Source of the DNA: Phaeosaccion multiseriatum
Lineage: Eukaryota; Protista; Ochrophyta, other classes
DNA: 64,000 nt
Assembly: GCA_965112735.1 (NCBI GenBank)
Contig: OZ218957.1
Span: forward strand, 2,418,001 to 2,482,000
Direction: 5' to 3'
This document shows positions 50,545 through 61,623 of the stretch, piece by piece. Every line of letters begins with the position of its first letter. Within the stretch, counting starts at the first letter, position 1. A program made the translations under genes and the position numbers. The notes below the pieces were generated by a model. It saw only the letters and a program-made list of their open reading frames with translations. It searched no databases and had not been told where the DNA came from.

Positions 50545-53031
50545 GCAGCAGCAGCAGTAGCAGCGCTTGTGGGTCAATTTTCCCTGACCCATCCACTGCC
50601 ATCCACCCACCCACCTACCCAATTGCCATCTACTACGCTCTGTCCTGACACCCTCTGTCCCAGGTGGGTACTCAGAAGCTCCCTGAGCCCGTCCGTCTTC
50701 ACGCCCAAGTGCAGCAACCGTTGCCCGAGAGCGAGCAGATGAAGGAGGCAAAGGGACCCAATGCGGTGCCCCTGAGGAGGCGTCGACGTGAGCTCCTCCT
50801 CTCTCTGGCCTCCAAGTCCGTGATCAATGTCTCCAAACGTCGCCAGTTGAGGAAGGAGGCGGGTCTCAGCGAGGTAGGGGAGGGTCCGCAGCTGACAGCG
50901 GCTCTGTTGCGCCATGAGAAGAGGGTGCAGCAACAGCAAGAGAGAAGGGAGCAGCAGCACAGGGAGGAGAAGAAGAGGCAGCGGCAGGAGGAGCAGGGGC
51001 AGGAGATGGAGGTGGAGGGAGTTCCTGCTGCAGTTGAATCACCAAGTGTTGCAGCTGCTGTTGCTGCGTCAATTTCTGAAGAGAAGACGAAGGATGTCGG
51101 AGACGGAGACGGCAACGACGCCGCTCCATTGCCGTCGGACGTAGCACCAGCGCCAGCAGCAGCAGCAGCAGCGTCGTCGTCAGGAGTTGGTGATACAGCA
51201 GCGCTATCCTCCTCCGCACCATCGTCATCAACAGGAGCAGCAGTGTCATCATCAGCGGGAGCAGTAGGCCTATCAGCATCCGCACCAGCAGCAGCAGTTG
51301 GGGATACAGCAGTCGTCGCCATGGAAGTAGAAGGAACCGCTGCTGTTTCACCAACTTCTACAACTACCACCCCTCACGCTCTCCCCTCGACCGTGCTAAA
51401 GGAGGGCGCTTCAAGCTCGGCTGTGGCATGTGTGGGCGCGTGTGTGGGCGCGTGTGTGGGCGCGTGCGTGGGTGCGTGTGTGGCAAAAGAGTCTCGCCTC
51501 GTGATTGACGGCTGGGATGGGGAGGTAAGGAAACCACAAAACGGCATCAAACAACGGCCAGACCGCCAACACGTCAACGTCTGTACTGTTTCACCCTGTG
51601 ATGTGATGTGAGCATGTGCGTGCTTGCGTACAATCTCTCTCTGTGTATGTGTGTACTGGGCCTTGACCTCCTGACACATTATCACTACTACTACTACTAC
51701 TCCTCTTCCTCCTCCTCCCCCCCCTCCTCCTCCTCCTCCTCCTCCTCCTCCTCCTCCTCCTCCTCCTCCTCCTCCTCCTCCTCCTCCTCCTCCTCCTCCT
51801 CCTCCTCCTCCTCCTCCTCCTCCTCCTCACTCCTTCCCCCCCCCCCCCAAACCGTGCAGGATGATGCCCTGTTCGCGTCTGCCCTTGCCCTCCAGCTGCA
51901 CTTGTCTCCTCTCGTCAGCTCCTCTGACTTGAAGCGAGTACTTGAGGAGGGCTACCCCAGGCACATGACTTCGCTCATTGCCGCCGTGGTCACTCTCGGA
52001 AGGTTAGGAGGGAGAGAGGGGGAGAGGGAGAGAGAGAGAGAGAGAGAGTGAGTACCAACCCATCCACCTACCTACCTACCCACCTACCCACCTACCCACC
52101 CACCCAACCCGTCCACACTCGCTTCACTCTCACCCGCCTTCCTTCTTGTGTCCCCCCCTCCCCTCGTGTTTGCCTGACGTTGCTTCAGCTACTACGCCCA
52201 ATACAAGAACAAGAGCAAGTTCCACAAGATGTGGAAAAGCAGCGGGAAGACCGTAAGTCATGGCCTGAACTTTCCCTTTCCTGTGTGAAGCGAAGCGATT
52301 CATATCGACGGAGGACTGAAGAGATCAGCCGCATAGTATTTGCCTTTGCCCCACTCTCTTCCTATTCGGTTGGAACCCCATTCCCACCCTCCCCTCCCCT
52401 CCTTCCCCACCCGCCTCCTTCCCTCCCTCCCTCCCTCCCTCCCTCCCTCCCTCCATCCCTCCCAGTCGCAAGGTCTGTCCAAGGGGGAGAAGTTCGTGCA
52501 GGCTCTCAAAGTGTGGCTTGGCAACATGGAGCTTGCCGATGGTACGTACGGACGGACGGATGGCAGTCTATTTCACGCCGTCTATTTTCAGTCTATACCA
52601 TTCCAGGCCTTTTTGTCAGTCAGTCTATTCCACTCCAGTCCAGTCCTTCTTTTCAGTGAGTCTTTTCCACCCTACCTCCACTATTCCTCCCTCCCTCCCT
52701 CCCTCATGCATTCTCTTGGTGTCTCGCCGTGATGATTCGTTCTGATGTGGTCGGTCTGCCCTTGTCTTCCTTCCTTCCTTTCCCTTCCCTTCCTCTCCCC
52801 TCAGTGGACAAGACCGACTTCATCCGGGACGTGGCGCAGTATGTGTTTGCTTGTTGGGACGAGAGGAGTGACATGCGCACAAGGCTTGCCAACAAGGCGG
52901 CGGAAGAGGCAGCGGCGGCCAAAGAGGCAGCGGCGGCCAAGGCGGAGAAGAGCCGCGCCGCACTTGCGCTCTCGGCCAAGAGGGAGCGAGCGGCTGAGGA
53001 AGAGGAGGAGGAGGAGGAGGAAGGAGAGTGA
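40064..53031 (+). CDS. Large MPN+/JAMM metalloprotease (MPND/MYSM1-like deubiquitinase) with long low-complexity N-terminus
   Basis: Phase-consistent exons 40064-41704, 41835-42047, 42432-45392, 45649-45770, 46082-46095, 46460-46560, 47242-47256, 47926-48023, 48691-48706, 49304-49378, 49689-49817, 50109-50492, 50664-51524, 51860-52002, 52189-52252, ~52484-52541, 52805-53031. [17 protein letters not shown]; intact JAMM motif [19 protein letters not shown]; [11 protein letters not shown]. Linkage of the 5' exons is less certain than the MPN call. Confidence 0.82.
43153..43617 (+). repeat. Coding 75-bp tandem repeat, ~6 copies ([23 protein letters not shown][D/H]D)
   Basis: Near-identical units with 75-nt period; degenerate derivatives continue to ~44580. 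Confidence 0.95.
46965..47200. repeat. Intronic 26-bp minisatellite (TGTCTCTGTCTGCCTGTCCGTCCGTC), ~9 copies
   Basis: Direct reading. Confidence 0.9.
48288..48496. repeat. Intronic (CAG)n tract interrupted six times by TTGAT(G/A)ATA
   Basis: Repeated GCAGTTGATRATAC; tandem variant of the dispersed GTTGGTGATACA motif. Confidence 0.9.
48707..48900 (+). repeat. (GTGAGT)n hexamer array starting exactly at a 5' splice site
   Basis: ~30 units, a few are GTGCGT. Confidence 0.92.
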
Positions 53032-53770
53032 GCAGCCGAGGGAGGCGGAGGGAGGCGGAGGAGAGGAGAGGAGCAGCGAAGCTCAGCTCCTCACAAGAGG
53101 CCCAACAAGAAAGATGAACAAGAAGAGGCCCCACAAGCAGTGGCGGCGGTGGGGGGGGCATTCTGTTATATAAAAAGGACGCACAAGTCTGTATATAATA
53201 TACATAATATATATATATATATATATATTTTTTTTTTTTTTAAATGCACCATACATAGCATCAAGAAATCTCAAAATCTCATCCATATTTGGCGCCCCAA
53301 GAAAGGACAAAGCGAGGACGGAGGAGGAGAGACTTAACTATTTATCCTTGGGGGACTTATTGTGGGGAGGATAACCTTGACAGTGTGCTGAACGTTAACT
53401 TTATACTCCCCACCAGAGGAGAGTGAAGGGGAGAGGATGCGATCGATGAAGTTCTGAGAAGGAGCCCCAGGGGGGGGGGGGGCTGTCCTTTGGTTCTCTC
53501 GTCTCTCCAACCAAAAATGCTGACCTTCATTTAAATTAAATCGAACCTAAACCTCCCCCCTGTACTCCTGCTCTTTCATCTCCACTCCGCCTCCTCCTCC
53601 TCCTTATGAGATGCGAACTAGACTAAGTTAAACCCTCGACCCTTTTTGCGTAACACCCTCTCTGGTGTTGAGCGTGTCGAGAAAGAGCCTGTCCAAGCCG
53701 CTTTGAATCTTAGCGCTGTACTCTCCTCCCCACACTCCTCCTCCTCCTCCTCCTCCTCCTCCTCCTCCTC

Positions 53771-53983
53771 CTTCACCTCGTACCCCATCTTCTCCATCGT
53801 CTCCCTCCCCACACGCAACTCTCCCATCACGACGTTCAAAAACTTATCCGCCACAAGCCCCCTCCTCCTCCTCCTCCTCCTCCTCCTCCTCCTTCACCTC
53901 GTACCCCATCTTCTCCATCGTCTCCCTCCCCACACGCAACTCTCCCATCACGACGTTCAAAAACTTATCCGCCACAAGCCCCC
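53771..53983 (-). repeat. Two tandem copies (121-bp period) paralogous to the hydrolase C-terminal coding segment
   Basis: Each encodes LVADKFLNVVMGELRVGRETMEKMG, versus MADEFMRVVMDELLVGKERRERMG* at the gene end. Confidence 0.85.
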
Positions 53984-54083
53984 TCCTCCTCCTCCTCCTC
54001 CTCCTCCTCCTCCTCCTCCTCCTACCTCTCCAATCCCCCCCCCCCTCCTCCTCCTCTCCTACTCCGCCCCCCCCCCCCGTCTT

Positions 54084-56378
54084 TTACCCCATCCTCTCCC
54101 TCCTCTCCTTCCCCACAAGCAGCTCGTCCATCACCACCCTCATGAACTCATCGGCCATTTCCTCATGCGCCACATGGCCACACCCAGGCAGCTCCACCAC
54201 CTTTGCACTGGGCAGGCTTTCTCCAAGGCCTCGGACTTCCTTCAGAGGCACCACTTTGTCGAGCTCGCCACACACGATGAGTATCTGCGTACAGGGGAGG
54301 AGGAGGGATAGGAGGGAAGGAGGAGGGGATGAGGGGGAGGGAGAGGACAGGATGGGAGGAGGAGGAGGAGGACGAGGAGGAGGAGGAGGAGGAGGAGGAG
54401 GAGATAGAGAAGGGGGGGGAGGCGAAGGTGAAGAAGATAGAGGAGGGGGAGGAGACAGAGAAGGGCAAGGAAGCCGTACAGAAAGGCGGGGAGAGGAGAC
54501 AGAGAAGGGCAAGGGAGCCGTACAGAAAGGGGAGGAGACAGGAGGGCAAGGAAGCCGTACCGTACCTGCATGCCCGCTGCACACTTGGCCTCCAGTCTCT
54601 CGGTCAGCGTCGCTATGAGATGGGATGGCAGTGGATGGGAGGGCAAGAAAAGAGTGAAGTAACAATCAACACAATTAATCAAGAGTGGCGTCAGAATTCA
54701 CCTGCGCTCGCTACGCCTCGCCGCCTCTCCCCCTCCTCACCCTCCTTCTTTCCCTCCCTCTCCACCCCTCCCCCACCAGCCCAGTTCATTCACTTCAATA
54801 GACTTTTAACCCATAAATCGATCCCTCGATCCAAAAAATCGATCCACAATGTCGACTAGCACAGCCCCCCCCGCCCTACCTGAAGAGGATCTCGAACTCA
54901 AACTCAAAAAATCTTCCCTCAAGGCCGCCCTCCCCGCCCCCGAAAACATGCCCTCGAGCAATCGAAAAGGCAAGAAGATGGGTTTCCGGGCCGCCTTGCT
55001 TAGTGCGAAAGATGCCAACCCAGAGTCCCACCCTCGCACCAGACTGGGCCAGCGGTAGCGGTGCAGGGTAGCGTCAGTGACTGGGTTGTTGGGTGCCCAT
55101 GCTTGCTGTAGGCCCGAGCGCCAGAATGATTCGCTGTAGGCGAGGCTGTGGGTGGAAGGGGCGGGGGAGGGGAGGAGGGGGAGGAGGAGGAGGAGGAGAA
55201 GGGGGGGGGGGAGGAGGAGGGAGAGGAGGAGGGAGGAGGAGGAGGAGGAGGACAGGTGGCGGGTTAGAGTAGAAAGGCAGGAGCACACGATCGCAGAGGG
55301 GAGAGGGAAAGGACCCAGGCCGGCGTGAGTGCGTGAGTAGGTATGTGTGAGCGTGTGTGTGTGAGGAGGAGTGGAGGGGGCGTCCTCCGTCTGGACAGAA
55401 CCCCCCCCCCCCACACACACACAAACACAAACACACACACACACATATACACTCACACTCACACCCACACCCACATACACACCCACAAACACACACTCAC
55501 CTGCGCAGGAGCAGCACCAAGGGGCCGAAGGCAAGCGGGATGAGCACGACATTCCACAGCACATCGAAGATTCCCACCACCGGCACTATAGACAGGATGA
55601 GTCTTCCTGTCCACTCAGCCAGTGGCCTGACCAAGCCTCGTTCGGCCGGGTCTGTATCACCAACTGCGGTGGCTCGCTTCTTACGGCGGCTACTGCTTCC
55701 CGGAGGGAACTTGGGCGATACTAGCACCAAAGTTGTGTCCAAAGCCTGTTGGGAGGGAATTGGTTGGTTGGTTGGTTGAGCGAGCAAAGCGCGACGGGAA
55801 AACGGACGGGAAGGGCAGCGAAGGAGGAGGGAAAAAAGAAAAAAACCTCCACTCCCCCACTCCTTCACCCTCACACCCTGTGCTCACACCCGCACTCACC
55901 CCCACCCCCACATCCTCACACGCCAAACCACACGCACACCCGCACGCACAGCCACACGCACACGCACATCCCTCACGCACGCACTCACACTGAGTCGCGG
56001 ATCCAGTGCCGCTTCCGCCGCGGCCTTGCTCCCCATAGAGTGTCCCATAAACACCACCTTCCTCCTGCTGCCTCCCTCGGACTGTTGGTGTTCCTGTTGG
56101 TTCTCCTCCACGAACTGCTTGGCGACGGCGAGGTTGAAGGCGTCGCTATAATAGTACTTGCTCTTGCCCATATTCCTCCACCCCCACCCGGAAGGCCGTT
56201 GCGTGAGCCCAAAGCCCGGGCTGTCTGGCGCTCTCACCGTGGCCCCGAAGGCGCTGGAGAGGCGGTCAATGACCGGAGCCCAGCTCAAGCTGCATGCACC
56301 AAAGCCATGGGTGAGATGCATCACCACCTCTTCCTCCTCTCCACCCCCCTTCCCCTCCTTGCTTCCGGCGCTTAGTAG

Positions 56379-56419
<41 letters not shown>

Positions 56420-57803
56420 GTGGTGATGAGGAGGAAGAAGAGGCAGCGGCGTCACGTAGGGGAGGAGAAGAAGGAGTGGACAGGAGGTAGTGAACATTGA
56501 GTCCGTCCACTTCTGTGAAGCAGCTGCCCTCCACGGCCACCTGCGCTGGGTCGAGGAGCTGAGGGCGGTAGCGTAGCTCTCTGAGGTTTTGCAGGAAGAG
56601 AGAGAGAAGGAGGGGGTGGTGGAGGGGGAGAGAGGGGGGGGGTGATAGAGAAAGAAGGGGGGCAGAGAGAGAGAGAGAGTGAGCAGACGAGGGGCAGGAG
56701 ACAGGATGGAGGGCATTTTAGTTTCAGTTAGTCAGAGGAGACGGAAACGAGTGCACAACTCACTGTGTGTGAGATAGGGACAGGGCGGTACATGAGGCCC
56801 TGGGAGGGACCTGTTTGATGGCACTTGATGGCGCACTTTACGTTATCGGCGTCACACAACAAGGAAGAGCGGAAGGGAAGCAGCTGCTGCTGCTGCTTGC
56901 CTTGCTGCTTGCTTAGCTGACTGACTCTACGCAAACAACTCACCGGTAGGACCAAGTGAGGATGGTACCGAAGAAGAAGGAGAGGAGGGAGATGTTGAAC
57001 AAGTCGTAAACCACCCCCTCCGAGGTGTTTCCAATCAGTCGAGAGAGTCTCCTGTTGGCGATAGTGGCGCTTGATGATGGTCGCTTTGATCGGAGGCTGC
57101 CCTTGAGCGCACGCCACGATAGAGTCAGTGCAGCGGTGTAAATGACTGCCTTGGTGGGCAAGCGTACCGTGCCTCCGTAGCCAAACGTTGGCAGCGTCTT
57201 TGGAGCGGGAGGAGGGGGGGAGGGGTGGAGGAGGAGGAGGAGGAAGAGGAGGAGGGGGAGGTTTGGGATCAGGACAGACACCCCCTGAGCTACCGCCCCG
57301 TCCCCGCCACCCGAGAGTAGAGTGATGCAAGTGCTCGCGGACAATCAACAGCCATTCCCTTCTCCCCCGTTCTTCTTCTCCCCCCCCTACACACAAAAGC
57401 GGGCGCGCGGGCGCCCCTGCACCCCCGTACGACGCACCTCTTGGCCTTGGAAAGGGTCTATGGCCGGTGCCCCGTGAAAGGTAGTCTGTCTAGTTGTCCG
57501 TTGGGCACGCTCAGGGGCGCTTCCCCCCCCTCCTCCTGTCAGCCATCCTCCTCCTGTGAGCCCTCCTGCCGCTCCTGCTGCTGTCTGACCCCCTCTCAGA
57601 GCAACGGTACTGAGGGTGAACGAGCTTGGCATTGTGCATCCCTCGCCCTGCTGGTGCCATTGCTCCCCCCCAAGCCGCGTAGATCTACCACGCCTCCCCC
57701 TTCTGGCAGGCTTATCTGACAGAGGTAAGGCGGACCCGCTGCGACGATGCGGATCTCTGCGTTGCTGTTGCTGCACTCGCAGCGGGTGCTGCAACAGCCT
57801 CAT
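54084..57803 (-). CDS. Alpha/beta-hydrolase fold protein (Ser-Asp-His triad)
   Basis: FTEVDGLNVHY, HGFGA oxyanion motif, DSPGFGLTQRP, nucleophile GHSMG, GELDKVVP, GCGHVAHEE across spliced exons; 5' exon structure and start uncertain. Confidence 0.85.
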
Positions 57804-58259
57804 GGCGTTCTTCCTTCAAAGTGAAGATTCTCGTTGCGAAAGTTCCCCTTGGCAAAAAAGGGGTCCTCTCTCCCTGCTCTAAATACGCCACGTGTGAGGC
57901 ATCACACACAAACACAGGCAAATGGGCCTCATCTACATCATGCCTCGGCTGCGGAGAAAGGGGAGAATCTTGGAGAGGGAATGGACGAAAGGAATGGGTC
58001 CCGCGCATTTTATCGTATTTCGACAAGAAACGGAAATTTGAAACTTCTGCCCATATACCTTTGGCCATCTGAGCTCGCGAGAACCAGCAGAGATAAAAAC
58101 AAAACCGCAAGGACCACAGGGAGACAGAGGGAGAGAGCAAAGGCAAACATAAAGAGAGGAGCAAGAGGAGGTTCGTGCGGGCGCTGAAAGGCCGCTCGAC
58201 ACGCTTGAAAAGCGAATCTCCAGGGGTAGGGAACATCCACATTGAGGAGAGGCCAAGAC

Positions 58260-60407
58260 ATGGTGAAGCTTGCCGTCAAGACGCTCAAGGGGCAGGTCAT
58301 CAACCTCGATGTTGAGCTCTCTCAGAAGGTGCGTGATGAGGTCGGTTTGGGACTTGCAAATAGGCGTGGCGGAGGGAGGAGCAAGACGGACGGGCGCGGC
58401 ACTTTGGGAACGGTTCGAGTTGCGCGGGGAGGGAAAGGGAGCAAAAAAGAGCCCGCAGGGCCCAGAAATAACAAGACCAAGTGTGATAACCGGCCCTACT
58501 GATCAAAACTCCCCTTCCCCTTCCCTCGGCCCCCCTATTGAATGTTCGCGCCTCTGCTACAGATTTCGGAGGTGAAGGCACTCCTAGAGGCGACGAACAA
58601 GGAGTTCCCCGCTGCCCAGCAGAAGCTCATCCACACGGGCAAGGTGCTGAAAGACGAGGAGACGCTGGAGGAGAAGAAGATTAAGGAGGGAGATATGCTC
58701 GTCGTCATGATCACCAAGGTTAGTGTGGGCCATGGGGAGAAAGGGGGAGGACAAGGAGAAGGAAGGGGAAGGGAGGAAGGTTTTGGGTAGTAGTGGAAGC
58801 GCAGAAAGCGATTTGGTCTCGAGAGAGTTACTGATGTCCTTTAACATCGGCAGATAGAGAACGACACCAAATGCCCCTCACGCCTCACCGCCACAACCAC
58901 CCACCACGCTTTGTCCCCTTCTGTCGCACCCCCTCCTCTCCTCTCCTCTCAGCCCAAGAAGGCTGCAGCAGCCCCCGCAGCCGCCCCTGCGGCTGCTGCT
59001 GCTGCTGCGTCGACAGGTGCCGCCTCGTCCAGCCCTGCCACTGCCGCTGCCGCATCAAGTTCATCGGCGAGCCCTGCAGCCACTGCCTCCTCCACATCCT
59101 CCTCCTCATCCTCCTCATCCTCCTCCTCCTCCTCCTCCTCCTCCTCCTCCACAACCACCGCCGCCGGTGGTGCGGTGGCAGCAGCATCACCAGAAGCAAG
59201 CGAAGAGCTGAGCGTGCCCATCAACGAAGAACACGTGGCCAACCTCAAAGAAATGGGCTTCCCTGAGGAGGACATTCGTGCGTGTCTCCGGGCCTCCATG
59301 GGCAACCCCGACGTAGCGGTTGAGTTCCTGACCAATGGCATACCCGAGGAGTTCACCAGGATGATGGCCTCGGGCGGCGGCCGAGGAGGAGCAGGGGGAG
59401 GAGGAGGAGGAGGAGGAGGAGGAGGAGGAGGAGGGGGAGGAGGAGGAGGAGGAGCAGACTCTATGGCAGGGCCAGTGTCGCTTGAGGCTCTGAGGTCCCA
59501 CCCTCAGCTCAATCAGCTTCGACGAAGGGTGCAATCCGACCCCGGGGCACTGGCTCAAGTACTTGAGGTGATTGGGAGTCAAAACCCTCCACTCTTGGCC
59601 GCCATTCACGCCGACCAGGCAGGCTTCATCTCCATGATGAACGAGCCTGTGACGGACGACCCCCCCGCTGGAGCAGGAGGAGCAAGAGGAGGAGGAGTAG
59701 GGGGTGGTATGGGCGCCTTCCCGTTCCCCGGCGCTGGAGGAGCAGGTGGCGGAGGAGGGTTGGGCGGGCTGGGTGGCGCCGGTGGGCCGGGGATGGAGAG
59801 TCCGGCGCAGCTGGCGCAGCATTTGGCAAACATGCCTGAGGGACAGAGGACGCGAATGGCGCAGATGATGGGCCTCTCGCCTGCCCAATTAGGCGACTTG
59901 ACCAACATGCTGCGTGGAATGAGTCCGGAACAATTGGCGCAAATGTTCGGTGGGGCCATGGGTCCAGGGGGGCCGCTGGCGGGGGGGATGGGAGGCATGG
60001 GGGGCATGGGAGGAGGAGGAGGTGGTGGTGGTGCGAGGAACGTCATCAGTCTGACGAGGGAGGAGGACGCGGCGGTGACTCGGCTGCAGGAGCTCGGCTT
60101 TAGCAGGGAGGACGCCGCACAGTCCTACCTTGCCTGCGATCGCAATGAGGCAATGGCGGCAAACTTGCTGTTTGACTCCATGGGAGGTGACGAGTTCCCC
60201 CCCCCTGCGGCCCCCTCTCCTTCTCCGGCTGCTTCTGCCTCTCCAGCTGCTACTCCTGCTGCTGCTGCTCCTGCTGCTACTGATGCGGCTGCTGCTGCAG
60301 TGCCAGCCGCCGCCGCAACTGATGCAGCAGCGACGCCAGCAGCAGAGACGCCAGCGCCGCAGGGCGAAGAGAAGAAGGAGGGAGAGGATGATGACATGTA
60401 CGACTGA
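58260..60407 (+). CDS. RAD23: UV excision repair / proteasome shuttle protein RAD23
   Basis: Exons 58260-58328, 58563-58718, 58953-60407. UBL (KLAVKTLKG...QKLIHTGKVLKD), UBA1 (LKEMGF...NPDVAVEFL), XPC-binding/STI1 (LRSHPQLNQLRRRVQSDP), UBA2 (RLQELGFSR...YLACDRNEAMAANLLF). Confidence 0.96.
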
Positions 60408-60507
60408 ACGAAAGGGGTGCCGCTTGGGCAAGGGGGGGGGGGGGGCAACCATAGGCGGATCATGGGATGGACGTACGCGTGCTTAGCAACAAAAGTGCAC
60501 TGCTGAG

Positions 60508-60555
<48 letters not shown>

Positions 60556-61623
60556 TGGAGTGGAGCGGAGGGGGAAATAGGCACATACTATCTATCCTCT
60601 GGCGCGTCTTTGTTCGGTGAGGCGTGCCTTGAGATGACACAGAGGAGGAGGGGCTTTTCGACGGGCTGGAGGAGTATGGGTAGAAAGGAGGAGGTGGCGG
60701 CCGTGTGGGAAGGCACAGTGAGGAGGGAGAGGCAGCAATCGCTCTATAAACTCATCATATACACGTATACACGTCTTTTCACAGACAATCAGACAGAGCC
60801 TTCCCCCTCCTCCTCCTGGGCCGGCTTGCTGTCTCATCGCCTCGATTCTTCTCTTTCCTTTTTTGTCCTGTATTACGTCTTGCTTTATTACTTTTATTAC
60901 TTACTTCACATACATGTTGCAAGGGGTAAAACTCTTACAACTGATCCTTGCCTTAAGCTAACTTAAGCTTACTTTTAATTAACTACACTCACTTCACATG
61001 GACGGGCCTCCTCCCGTCCCCTCCCCGGGGCAAACCCCCCCATTCGTTGGGAAGCTAAGCTGCTTCTCTCTCTCTCTGGGCTGTCCGTCCCTTATGAAAC
61101 GCTACGTACTGTATGTAGTGCGTTCGTTCGTTGTATACTCTAGGGGCCTCTGGCGTTGCCGTATTCACACTACTCCCTCCTCCTTCCTTTCTTTCTTCCT
61201 TCCTTCCTTCCTTCCTTCCTTCCTTCCTTTCTTCCTTCCTTCCTTCCTTCCTTCCTTTCTTTCTTCCTTCCTTCCTTCCTTCCTTCCTCCCTTCCATCCT
61301 TCCTTCCTTCCTTCCTCGGGTCCTGGATTACATTTATGCTTGAGTCCCGCCCCTCCATCTCCGTAAAAGCACACCCCACCACCTTTATCGTACAAGGATG
61401 CGTTGTCAGTTTCAAGAACAGGAAGGGGTCCCATCCCACCGCTCCACCACAACTCCTCTTCCCTCTTCTTCATCCTCCTCCTCCTGCTGCCGCTCCTCCT
61501 CCTCCTCCTCCTCCTCCTCCTCCTCCTCCTCCTCCTGCTGCTGCTGCTGCTGCTATCCCTCCCCTTCCTCCTCCTCCTCCTCCTCCTCCTCCTCCTCTTC
61601 CTCCTCCTCCTCCTCCTCTCTCC

